64,000 bases of DNA from Candidatus Levybacteria bacterium RIFCSPHIGHO2_01_FULL_40_16 (GCA_001783805.1 MFNS01000007.1:1594-65593); one strand, 5' to 3'; shown: positions 19,929-28,033, counted from the stretch's first letter. Made by a program: numbers and translations. The notes: a model not told the origin generated them from the letters alone.

Positions 19929-20190
19929 TTGCTTCTTTTCTCATTTCCTCCAAATCAGCTTCAAGTTCTTCCTTTGTAGAGATTGTTTTTGTCTTTCCGG
20001 CTTCATACTCTCTCAAAGCTTCATTAAGCACTGCATCTAATTGGATTTTTTCTAAAAGATCAAGACTAATAATAGCCCCTAGCGGTTTATTGTTAGACAT
20101 AACAATAATTGGCTCTTTGGATTTATTTGCATCTTCCAAAACCTTCTTGTACCCTCTTTGGATCTGTCTTGCTGATACCGTATTAAACAT
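19921..20190 (-). CDS. type II antitoxin, Phd/YefM family
   Basis: MFNTVSARQIQRGYKKVLEDANKSKEPIIVMSNNKPLGAIISLDLLEKI is the YefM N-terminal fold signature. The ORF-track start at 20253 is a TTG; the likely start is the ATG at 20188-20190, which is 6 nt after TATAAT. Confidence 0.75.
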   Translation of the reverse strand: MFNTVSARQIQRGYKKVLEDANKSKEPIIVMSNNKPLGAIISLDLLEKIQLDAVLNEALREYEAGKTKTISTKEELEADLEEMRKEANA

Positions 20191-20196
20191 GCAATC

Positions 20197-20237
20197 ATTA
20201 TACGCCTTTAAAATGTGTATGTCAATATGACATACAT
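20197..20237 (-). promoter_or_regulatory. yefM-yoeB promoter (TTGACA-17-TATAAT-6-ATG) with an overlapping 9-bp inverted-repeat operator
   Basis: Minus strand: tgTATGTCAtatTGACATACAcattttaaaggcgTATAATgattgcATG. The IR TGTATGTCA/TGACATACA overlaps the -35. Confidence 0.65.
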
Positions 20238-20244
20238 TAATTCT

Positions 20245-20285
20245 GCCCTTCAATCACGACCGGTAAAAAAGGGGGGGCGCAGATC
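20245..20285 (+). repeat. GC-rich boundary motif, copy E, extended form (cttcaatcacgaccggtaaaa + gggggggcgcagatc)
   Basis: The 5' extension is shared almost exactly with copy G at 20921-20964. It lies between divergent promoters. Confidence 0.7.
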
Positions 20286-20330
20286 AGATTTACTGACTTC
20301 GATAGAAACAATCTATATAATCCACCCATT

Positions 20331-20567
20331 ATGCCAACGAAAGAACGGCCGGCACAATGCCTACTCGGTAACGGAGAGTGCCCTAAATCGTGCGAAAATT
20401 ACGCAATGTCTAGATTGATAACTAATAAGTTGGGCGATAATTTTGACCCTTTCCTATCGAGGCTTCGGGTAATATTTGGGGATGGTTTTAGTAGAGATAT
20501 AAGGGTTGGCGACGTAGCAAATGCTTTAAAAAAGTGCATTAGCGAAAAGAAACCATCTCTATTATGA
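20331..20567 (+). CDS. small hypothetical protein (78 aa), Cys-rich N-terminus
   Basis: ORF preceded by TATATAAT (20315-20322) 9 nt upstream. Confidence 0.4.
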   Translation: MPTKERPAQCLLGNGECPKSCENYAMSRLITNKLGDNFDPFLSRLRVIFGDGFSRDIRVGDVANALKKCISEKKPSLL

Positions 20568-20596
20568 CCGGCAGAACGTGGGGCGCCGCCGATCCC
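20566..20596 (+). repeat. GC-rich boundary motif, copy F (gaccggcagaacgtggggcgccgccgatccc)
   Basis: Same family; followed by TAGTATAAT (20632-20640) and the ATG at 20643/20647. Confidence 0.7.
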
Positions 20597-20646
20597 TTAT
20601 CGGACCAAATAACGCATTCTAGCCGGATTTTTAGTATAATAAATGT

Positions 20647-20901
20647 ATGAAAGTCAAAAAATTTGGCTTTTTAAAACCTCGAATACCCAATCTCTTACTC
20701 ACTTTTATTATTCTGTTTTTACCTTTATTTAGAGAGCAATATAACGGAGGACAATATGTAGCCTGGTACAGGCTAATCGATTTATTGATTGGTTCTTTGA
20801 GGCAGCCCGGAACCCTAGGTTTGTTTTTTCTAACGTTAGTTTTTTCCTTAATAATCTATTTTTTCGTATCGTTAGTAATTTTTAAGATAATTCAGAGGTG
20901 A
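20647..20901 (+). CDS. small hypothetical membrane protein (84 aa, 2 TM)
   Basis: ORF with two hydrophobic helices; leaderless architecture. Confidence 0.4.
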   Translation: MKVKKFGFLKPRIPNLLLTFIILFLPLFREQYNGGQYVAWYRLIDLLIGSLRQPGTLGLFFLTLVFSLIIYFFVSLVIFKIIQR

Positions 20902-20915
20902 CTCAAAACGAAAGA

Positions 20916-22580
20916 CTAAACTTCAATCACGACCGGTAAAACCAGGGGGCGGCGGCGCAGATCCTTAAAGATTCTTCTTTCCGCGACTTCTCCAATTAAT
21001 TTTCTCATATAAATCCAATTTGTCACACGGGCTTTGCGCGGATTTAAAGCTTTATGCATGTCCTGCGACAATTTGGAGCTTAGATGCTTGATGTCGTATA
21101 AAAATCCTCTGACAATAATATCCGGGGCTCCCAAAAGCTGTCCTGTTGCCGAATCTATTTCTGCGAGAACTATAATTATTCCGGCTTCTGATAATTTTTG
21201 TCTGTCCCGGAGAACAAAACTCTCCAACTCTTCTCCGGATATTTCATCCACATAAACATTTTTGGTCGGAATTGTCCTGCCCAATTTTACCTGACCGTCG
21301 ACAAACAAAAGTTCCTGCCCGTCTTCCAACAGGAAAATATCATTTTTATGATACCCCAATTTTTCTGCCAATTTTCTGTAGGCAAACATGTGTCGGTATT
21401 GTCCGCCGATAGGAATTAATTTTTTCGGTCTGACTAATTTTATTAACTGTTCCAGCTCATCCAATGATCCGTGTCCGGAAACATGAAAATCTTTGGACAC
21501 CGGGGAGTAGACAACTCTCACTCCCCTGCGGGTTAACGTATCGACTAATTCGTAAACAGAAGTTTCATTGCCGGGAATCGGATCAGAGGAAAAAACAATC
21601 ACATCTTCTTCCCGTAATTTCACATCCCTGTGTTCGCCATTGGCAATTCTGGTTAACGCGGAATTCTCCTGCCCTTGGCTTCCCGCGACAATTAAAGTTA
21701 ATTTATTATCCGCATGATTTTTCAAATTATCTATCTCCACCTCAATATCTTTTTTCAAATTAAGATATCCCAAATCTCCGGCCACTTCCCTATTCCTAAT
21801 CAGAGACCTACCGACAAAACAAATTCTTCTTCCATTATCAACAGAGGCTTTAATAATTTGATTAAGTCTGGCAATATTGGATGAGTAAGTCGTCACAATA
21901 AATTTACCTTTGCACTCTCTCATTTCGCGGTTGAAATGCTCTAGTAATCCAATGTCTGATTGCGTCCTGCCTGCTCTTTCCGCACCCAGACAATCGGATA
22001 ATAAACACATTGTTCCCTGTGACGCTAATTGCGAAATTTTTGCATAATCGGATTTTTTTCCATCAGACGGAGTGTCATCGAATTTAAAATCACTACCATG
22101 GTAAAAATTCCCAACCGGTGTTTTAATAAAAATATGCGAGGTGTCAGAAACGGAATGGGTAACGGGGATAAAGGAAAATCTAAAACTGCCGATGCTTTTT
22201 TCCGGCTCATTGAATTTAACTGTCTGCACTCTTTTTTGCGCTTTAAAATCTTTTAATTTGGCATTGGCAAAGGCCGCAGTTAAAGGAGTGGCAAAAATTG
22301 GAAAATCAGGCAGTTGGGGCAATAAAAATGGCAAAGCCCCGATATGATCTTCATGTCCATGAGTTAAAAGCATGCCAACAATTCTTTTCTTGTTCTGCTT
22401 TGCAGAATTTAGCAAATAAGAAATATCCGGCAGCAATAAATCAACTCCCAGCATAGTTTCATCGGCAAAACCAAGTCCGCAATCAACGATCAGGATTTGA
22501 TCATTGTACTCATACAGATACATGTTTTTGGTGACATTCCCAATCCCGCCAAGAGGAATAAAAGATAATTGATTATTCAT
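20916..22580 (-). CDS. rnj: ribonuclease J (beta-CASP metallo-beta-lactamase)
   Basis: HGHEDHIGALP (HxHxDH) motif and beta-CASP blocks. The C-terminal tail is read through a repeat copy. Confidence 0.85.
   Translation of the reverse strand: MNNQLSFIPLGGIGNVTKNMYLYEYNDQILIVDCGLGFADETMLGVDLLLPDISYLLNSAKQNKKRIVGMLLTHGHEDHIGALPFLLPQLPDFPIFATPLTAAFANAKLKDFKAQKRVQTVKFNEPEKSIGSFRFSFIPVTHSVSDTSHIFIKTPVGNFYHGSDFKFDDTPSDGKKSDYAKISQLASQGTMCLLSDCLGAERAGRTQSDIGLLEHFNREMRECKGKFIVTTYSSNIARLNQIIKASVDNGRRICFVGRSLIRNREVAGDLGYLNLKKDIEVEIDNLKNHADNKLTLIVAGSQGQENSALTRIANGEHRDVKLREEDVIVFSSDPIPGNETSVYELVDTLTRRGVRVVYSPVSKDFHVSGHGSLDELEQLIKLVRPKKLIPIGGQYRHMFAYRKLAEKLGYHKNDIFLLEDGQELLFVDGQVKLGRTIPTKNVYVDEISGEELESFVLRDRQKLSEAGIIIVLAEIDSATGQLLGAPDIIVRGFLYDIKHLSSKLSQDMHKALNPRKARVTNWIYMRKLIGEVAERRIFKDLRRRPLVLPVVIEV
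20921..20964 (+). repeat. GC-rich boundary motif, copy G (cttcaatcacgaccggtaaaaccagggggcggcggcgcagatcc), embedded in the 3' end of rnj
   Basis: Near-identical to copy E. On the minus strand it encodes the last 15 aa (LRRRPLVLPVVIEV) of the RNase J ORF. Confidence 0.7.
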
Positions 22581-23625
22581 TTGTTAAAAACTGTTTAATG
22601 TTTTCCGCTGTAACTTTTACGGTTTGTGTTTTCTTCTCCACAATCATCCGGGCTGCTTTTCTACAAACTCCTTCAATTGAGCGCTGAAGACTTCTGATTC
22701 CCGAATCATATCCGAGCGGCCGGATGATGGTTGGCCAAACCATATCATCAATAGAAATCTGCTCGGAGACAAGACCTGTCTGTTTTAATATTTCCGGAAA
22801 TAAATATCTTTGTGCAATTACGGTTTTTTCTTCATCCGTATAGGAGGGCATCTGAATAATTTGCAAGCGGTCAAGTACCGCGGTCGCAATATTGGTTGTG
22901 TTGTTGGCTGTGGCGATAAATAAAACTTTGGACATATCGAAAGGATAATCAACGTAATGATCGACAAAAGCTTTATTTTGTTCCGGATCCAAAAGTTCAA
23001 CTAAAACACCCATAATATCTTTTCTTCCCGTTTCGGTCACTCTGTCCAGCTCATCCAGCAAAATTACGCAATTTCTACTCCGAGCATGGATTAGGCTTTT
23101 CATCACCAGTCCCGGTTCCGCGTCCAAACTTGAGCGCGATTTTCCGCGCAAATCACTGGCGTCTCCCATTCCACCAAGCGGTATTCTTTCAAATTTCCTT
23201 CCCAGACTTTGGGCAATTGAATAAGCCAGAGTGGTTTTCCCGGTTCCGACCAGCCCGACCAGACAAATTATCGGCGAACGGGCAATATTGTTTTGATTAT
23301 GAATATTTAAAATAAGTGAAGAGAGATATTCCAAAATTACATTTTTGACACTTGGTAATCCGTAATGATTTTTATCCATAATTTCTTTGGCCTGAACAAT
23401 ATCCAGAATGTCTTTTGTTTCTTTATTGAAGGGCAAAGCCAAAATGCAATTGACGTAATTGGAGAAATTCTCAAAATTGATAAAAGAATTTTCTCCTTTA
23501 AGACTCAAGCGCAAAACGCTAATTTCTTCTTCCAATTTTTCGGCAAGATCCGCGGGTAATTGAGCTGCTTTTATTTTTTCTTCAATTTCTATGATTTTAC
23601 TTTCCAAAGGAGCATTCGAATCCAT
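22573..23625 (-). CDS. Lon-like AAA+ ATPase module lacking the N-terminal LON domain and the S16 protease domain
   Basis: KNHYGLPSVKNVILEYLS + CLVGLVGTGKTTLAYSIAQSLGRKFERIPLGGMGDASDLRGKSRSS is the Lon AAA+ core (DHYGL..VKERILEYL; GPPGVGKTSL; RGHRRTY). The ORF ends at the AAA/protease boundary and overlaps rnj by 8 nt. Confidence 0.7.
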   Translation of the reverse strand: MDSNAPLESKIIEIEEKIKAAQLPADLAEKLEEEISVLRLSLKGENSFINFENFSNYVNCILALPFNKETKDILDIVQAKEIMDKNHYGLPSVKNVILEYLSSLILNIHNQNNIARSPIICLVGLVGTGKTTLAYSIAQSLGRKFERIPLGGMGDASDLRGKSRSSLDAEPGLVMKSLIHARSRNCVILLDELDRVTETGRKDIMGVLVELLDPEQNKAFVDHYVDYPFDMSKVLFIATANNTTNIATAVLDRLQIIQMPSYTDEEKTVIAQRYLFPEILKQTGLVSEQISIDDMVWPTIIRPLGYDSGIRSLQRSIEGVCRKAARMIVEKKTQTVKVTAENIKQFLTNE

Positions 23626-23658
23626 AGCTTATATAAATTGTACAATTAAAAACAAAAA

Positions 23659-23700
23659 ATTAATAGTGGGATTTGCGGAAGTGCTAACCCGCCGGCGTAG
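23659..23700 (+). repeat. direct repeat R, copy 1 (ttaatagtgggatttgcggaag + ~16 nt partial)
   Basis: A 22/22 nt match plus an 11/16 tail with 25195-25235. It lies 34 nt upstream of the Lon-like start. Confidence 0.7.
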
Positions 23701-23812
23701 CGTAGCCTCAAGCCCACACCCGATGTGGAAAAGTGAAAATGCACGTTTTTTGGAAAAAATTATGCCGAAGAACAAAATACAAAGAATCAAAAAAAAACTA
23801 AGCTTCAAAAAA

Positions 23813-24532
23813 TTAAGCTCTATTCACTCCCGAAGAACGACCACCCAAGTCCGGATAGGAATCGCGCCGAGGCAGAAACCAATCGACGTGCAGGTAGCCA
23901 TCCGGATCGATGTAGGCGTTAATCAAATCGCTGCCACTACGAGACCCAACACGAGCCCGAGTATTTCCTTCATCTAAGTATTGTCCTTTGAAAAGTTTAC
24001 TGTCCTGACTTGCGATAAGGTATTGATTCAAGCTGAGTAATTGCCTTTTTGCCTTACCAAGTTTATTCATGAGCTCATCCACTGTTGTTTTGGTGTGCGG
24101 CGCATTGACACTAACTTCATAGTCAAACCAGCCAAATGGGTTCCCGTCATTAGCTACGCCATTGCCTTCTTGAACGCTTCTGCTTTGCATTTTGGGAAAC
24201 ATTTTACCTAGAATATGACGACTTTCCTGTGTTGCCAGAGCTGTTGGAAGATAGCCCAGCCTTAATTCCTTCTTTTCCAGATCGGCTAATTCTTCTTTTG
24301 TGAAAGGACAAGGGGTAACCTCAAATTTAATACCTGCAAGTCTTCCTCTTTCCTGCCAAATAGTCTGAAAAGTTTTGGTCACCAATTCCGGAGTTAAGGT
24401 CCCTCTCTTATGTTCCTTATTATATTCTTGAATTACAGGAGTTATTAAATCTGCAAACTGCGACGCATTTAATACGTACACTATATCTCGATTATTAAGA
24501 TGTTCCTGTGTCATAGGTTTAGTTTGTATCAC
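23813..24532 (-). CDS. hypothetical protein, paralog A of an uncharacterised family (239 aa)
   Basis: Clear similarity to 28155..28934 over the C-terminal ~150 aa (GKMFPKMQ/GQMYPKMK; NQYLIASQDSKLFKGQYLDEGN/STYILVSQARKNLTGHYLDKGS; GG-R motif). Confidence 0.5.
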   Translation of the reverse strand: MIQTKPMTQEHLNNRDIVYVLNASQFADLITPVIQEYNKEHKRGTLTPELVTKTFQTIWQERGRLAGIKFEVTPCPFTKEELADLEKKELRLGYLPTALATQESRHILGKMFPKMQSRSVQEGNGVANDGNPFGWFDYEVSVNAPHTKTTVDELMNKLGKAKRQLLSLNQYLIASQDSKLFKGQYLDEGNTRARVGSRSGSDLINAYIDPDGYLHVDWFLPRRDSYPDLGGRSSGVNRA

Positions 24533-24578
24533 AACTATAAGCTAGATGTCAAATTTTGGAGATTTAGGCAGGAGATTT

Positions 24579-24908
24579 TTATATAAATAATGCGCGGATA
24601 TTTTTAAAAACCGTGCTTCTGGTTGCTGCGGTTAACTGGCCGACGGTCTTTTTTATAATAGTCGTGTCTGCCGTAAACAGCTTATCCGGCCGCACATAAC
24701 TAATAATTGGCAGACCGCCTGTCGCAAAATCAGACTGCTTAAGACAAATTGATATTTTGCTTGTATACGGTTTTGAAGTAATTTGACACAAAATAAGGTT
24801 ATTAAATTCAACGTTTGCCAAAACAAGGGCCGGGCGCACTTTCTGACCTTTTAAATTAGAAAACGGGAATGTAACGAGAACGACACTGCCTACTGCAAAC
24901 TTGCCCAT
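24579..24908 (-). CDS. mazF: type II toxin MazF/PemK family endoribonuclease
   Basis: GSVVLVTFPFSNLKGQKVRPALVLAN...ILCQITS matches the MazF/PemK signature. The likely start is MGKFAVGS at 24908. Confidence 0.75.
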   Translation of the reverse strand: MGKFAVGSVVLVTFPFSNLKGQKVRPALVLANVEFNNLILCQITSKPYTSKISICLKQSDFATGGLPIISYVRPDKLFTADTTIIKKTVGQLTAATRSTVFKNIRALFI

Positions 24909-25129
24909 GCCTTGTCCTCCTCCGGCCGATTCCAATCGCGATCGAGTATTTTTTCTGATAACAACAGCGTATCGGCCACAGATTTATCCCGCATGGGCGC
25001 TGCAACAATTCTTATTTCACCTCTTTTTACCCGCAATTCAACTCTATCGTTAAGACCGCTTTCGTTGATTAGCGGCTTAGGTATGCGTATCCCGCGGGAG
25101 TTTCCTATTGGAATTAGTGTTGTTATCAT
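24890..25129 (-). CDS. mazE: type II antitoxin MazE/AbrB (SpoVT-AbrB domain)
   Basis: MITTLIPIGNSRGIRIPKPLI is a swapped-hairpin AbrB-type N-terminus. TTGACA-17-TACAAT lies immediately upstream (25139-25167). Confidence 0.7.
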   Translation of the reverse strand: MITTLIPIGNSRGIRIPKPLINESGLNDRVELRVKRGEIRIVAAPMRDKSVADTLLLSEKILDRDWNRPEEDKAWASLQ

Positions 25130-25194
25130 AGTAATTACATTGTACATACCAATAATGGCCTTGTCAAGTCCGAATTTGAATTTTAATGCTGAAA

Positions 25195-25235
25195 TTTAAT
25201 AGTGGGATTTGCGGAAGCGCGAACCTGCAGGTGTT
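25195..25235 (+). repeat. direct repeat R, copy 2; overlaps the last 15 codons of pnp
   Basis: ttaatagtgggatttgcggaagcgcgaacctgcaggtgt. On the minus strand it encodes ...GSTPAGSRFRKSHY* of PNPase and lies ~28 nt upstream of the mazE -35. Confidence 0.7.
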
Positions 25236-27574
25236 GATCCTAAAGACCGCCCGCCCGGAGTTCTTCTGTCTCTCCAATTGCCGGTACCCCTACTTGCTCC
25301 TTGGGAAAATCTTTCCCTGCGGAATTGTCTTGCCAACGGATGTTCCGAAGGAACAGTTCCCATTACCGGCGGAGCCATCGGAGGCTGTGGTTCCCCCTGA
25401 TTAACTACCGGCGGAATTTCTCTTTTGGGCGGAACATTTCCGCCTTCCGCTCCAAATAACATGGATAAATTTGTTCTTCCCTGATCATCAATTTCCACCA
25501 CCTTAACTTTGACTTTTTGTCCGATAGAAACCACATCCAAAGGATTGCGGACAAATCCCTCTTTCATCTTGGACACATGCACCATGCCTTCTTTGCCGGG
25601 TAAAAATTCCACAAACGCTCCAAAAGGCAATACTCTCTTAACTTCGGCTTCCTCAAAAATTTCTCCAACTTTTACTTCACGGGTTATTCCTTTAACCCAT
25701 TCTACGGCTTTGGCAACTGCATCTTTATCTGTTCCGGAAATCGTGACAATTCCGCTGTCTTCAACATCTACAGTTGCGCCGGTTGTAGCAATAATATTTT
25801 TAATTACGCGTCCCCCGGGGCCAATCACTTCGCCGATTTTGTCCACCGGAATTTGCACTTGTTCGATTTTTGGCGCATATTCTGAAACTGCTTTTTTACC
25901 CGTTCCGACAACCGCAATCATTTTTTCCAGAATAAACAAGCGTGCAACTTTGGCTTTTTCAAAAACCTCTTTAATTTGCTCAATAGTTATTCCCAAAATT
26001 TTTACATCCAGCTGAATTGCCGTAATTCCTTCGTTAGTTCCCGCAATTTTGAAATCCATGTCTCCTGAAAAATCTTCCAATCCCAAAATGTCTGTCAAAA
26101 TTACATATTTATCCTCTTTGGAAACCATGCCCATGGCAATTCCCGCCACCGGTTTTTTGATCGGGACTCCCGCATCCAGCAAAGCTAAAGTTGATCCGCA
26201 AGCTGCAGCCATTGAGGTAGAGCCATTGGAAGATAATATTTCCGAAACTACTCTGATTGTGTAAGGAAATTCCGTTTGACTTGGAATAACCGCCATGATT
26301 GCCCGTTCGCCTAAAGCTCCGTGTCCGATTTCCCGGCGTGATGTAAATCCAAATCTTCCGGTTTCTCCGACAGAATACGGAGGCATATTGTAATGATGGA
26401 TATATCTTTTGCTTTCTTCGCCTTCCGCAGATTCGATCAGCTGTTCCATGCGGGGTGAACCTAAAGTGACAATTGTCAGAGCTTGTGTATCCCCCCTATT
26501 AAAGATCGCCGAGCCATGAGTTCTAGGAAGAACCGAAACTTGGCAGGAAATCGGCCTTATTTCATCAAATTTTCTTCCATCCGGCCTAATACCCTTTATC
26601 AAAGTATTCTCTCTGATTTTTTTGAACATTACGTGCTCAATTGCATCCGCGATCATTTTTTTATCGATAACAAACTCTTCATTTTTCGCTTTTAATTCTT
26701 CAATAATTTTGTCTATAAATTCTCCGGGTTCGCCGCTTAATTCTTTGGTTAATCTGCTTTTAATCATTCCCGAAATTTCATCCAGATAAGATTTTTCCAA
26801 AAGAGCAATCAGTTCCGCATGATGGGCGTTTGGTTTTATTTCTTCCTTTTTGGTTCCTGTTTTTTTTGCAAAATCTTCAATAAAGTCAATGATCTTAGCA
26901 TTTTCAATTTGCGCTTTCTTAATTCCCTCCAGAGCTATAGTTTCTGTAACCTGATTGCTTCCCGCTTCAAGCATCAAGGTTTTATTTTTCAAACCGGTAA
27001 CAATTAAATCCAGTTCCGAAAGTTCGGATTCGACAATTCCCGGGTTAACAATAAAATCAGATCCTGAGTTTGCCGAAGGACCGTTTTCTTTTTCCTTGAC
27101 ATATCCTATGCGCACAGCTCCAACCGGGCCTTTCCAAGGAATTGGAGAAATTGTTAAAGCCGCCGAGGTCGCGACAACCGATAAAACATCCGGAGAATTT
27201 TCCCCATCAACGGATAAAATTGTTGCAATGATTTGGACTTCTTTTTTGAATTCCTTGGGGAAAAGCGGTCTGACCGAACGGTCGATCAAGCGGGCAGAAA
27301 GAACTGCGTCATCGGTTGGCCGTCCTTCTCTTTTTACCCATCTACTTCCCTTAATTCTTCCTCCGGCATACAATCTTTCAACATACTCAACTGTTAAGGG
27401 AAAATAATCAATGTCCGCTCTTTCTTTTCCCATGACTACGGTTACCAAAACCATAGTATCACCAAGCCTGGCTAAGACGGAGGATGTTGCTTGTTGGGCT
27501 AGATTTCCAACCTCCAGAGTCAATGTTTTTCCGCCGACTTCCAAAGAGGCTGTGGTTTTTTTATTTGTAGTCAT
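25196..27574 (-). CDS. pnp: polynucleotide phosphorylase with a ~90-aa GC-rich R/G/P-rich C-terminal tail
   Basis: Two RNase PH domains, KH (IGPGGRVIKNI) and S1 domains, then a low-complexity tail. Confidence 0.9.
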   Translation of the reverse strand: MTTNKKTTASLEVGGKTLTLEVGNLAQQATSSVLARLGDTMVLVTVVMGKERADIDYFPLTVEYVERLYAGGRIKGSRWVKREGRPTDDAVLSARLIDRSVRPLFPKEFKKEVQIIATILSVDGENSPDVLSVVATSAALTISPIPWKGPVGAVRIGYVKEKENGPSANSGSDFIVNPGIVESELSELDLIVTGLKNKTLMLEAGSNQVTETIALEGIKKAQIENAKIIDFIEDFAKKTGTKKEEIKPNAHHAELIALLEKSYLDEISGMIKSRLTKELSGEPGEFIDKIIEELKAKNEEFVIDKKMIADAIEHVMFKKIRENTLIKGIRPDGRKFDEIRPISCQVSVLPRTHGSAIFNRGDTQALTIVTLGSPRMEQLIESAEGEESKRYIHHYNMPPYSVGETGRFGFTSRREIGHGALGERAIMAVIPSQTEFPYTIRVVSEILSSNGSTSMAAACGSTLALLDAGVPIKKPVAGIAMGMVSKEDKYVILTDILGLEDFSGDMDFKIAGTNEGITAIQLDVKILGITIEQIKEVFEKAKVARLFILEKMIAVVGTGKKAVSEYAPKIEQVQIPVDKIGEVIGPGGRVIKNIIATTGATVDVEDSGIVTISGTDKDAVAKAVEWVKGITREVKVGEIFEEAEVKRVLPFGAFVEFLPGKEGMVHVSKMKEGFVRNPLDVVSIGQKVKVKVVEIDDQGRTNLSMLFGAEGGNVPPKREIPPVVNQGEPQPPMAPPVMGTVPSEHPLARQFRRERFSQGASRGTGNWRDRRTPGGRSLGSTPAGSRFRKSHY

Positions 27575-27576
27575 TT

Positions 27577-27954
27577 TTATTTGGTCTTCGTTGCTTTCTT
27601 TACTTTTTTAACCTTGGTTACTTTTTCCGCCTTTGGCTCGCCGGAGCTTTCAGCGGAGGTGGCTTTCTTTACTTTTCCTTGAGGCTCTTTTTCAAAACCG
27701 ATTTTTTCTTCAATTGCGGATGATCTTTTCTTGTCAACTTTGGTCAAGAAATTAATCAATCTTCTTCTTTTGGCAATCATTGATAAAAGTCCGCGCCTGC
27801 TATGAACGTCGTGAATGTGTAATTTTAAATGCTCTGTTAGCCGGTCAATTCTGGTTGTCAAAAGCGCAATCTGTACTTCCGGACTTCCTGTATCGCCGGC
27901 AACTGTCTGGAACTCCTTGATAACTTTCTTCTTTAACGTTGTACTAAGTGGCAT
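27577..27954 (-). CDS. rpsO: 30S ribosomal protein S15 with a Lys-rich C-terminal extension
   Basis: LSTTLKKKVIKEFQTVAGDTGSPEVQIALLTTRIDRLTEHLKLHIHDVHSRRGLL; 3 bp upstream of pnp. Confidence 0.9.
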   Translation of the reverse strand: MPLSTTLKKKVIKEFQTVAGDTGSPEVQIALLTTRIDRLTEHLKLHIHDVHSRRGLLSMIAKRRRLINFLTKVDKKRSSAIEEKIGFEKEPQGKVKKATSAESSGEPKAEKVTKVKKVKKATKTK

Positions 27955-28033
27955 ATAAAATAAATTAAAATTTTCAATTAGAAATTTAAAATGAAATCTA
28001 AATGTTTAAAAAATCAAACTTAAAAATTCAATG

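Noticed and set aside
17100-20980. Classical integron (intI + attI + attC cassettes)
   Set aside because: No integrase or attI is present in the window. The cassettes carry their own promoters, and the boundary motif (~20-45 nt, GC-rich) does not resemble 60-120-nt attC palindromes. This is kept as 'cassette-like' only.
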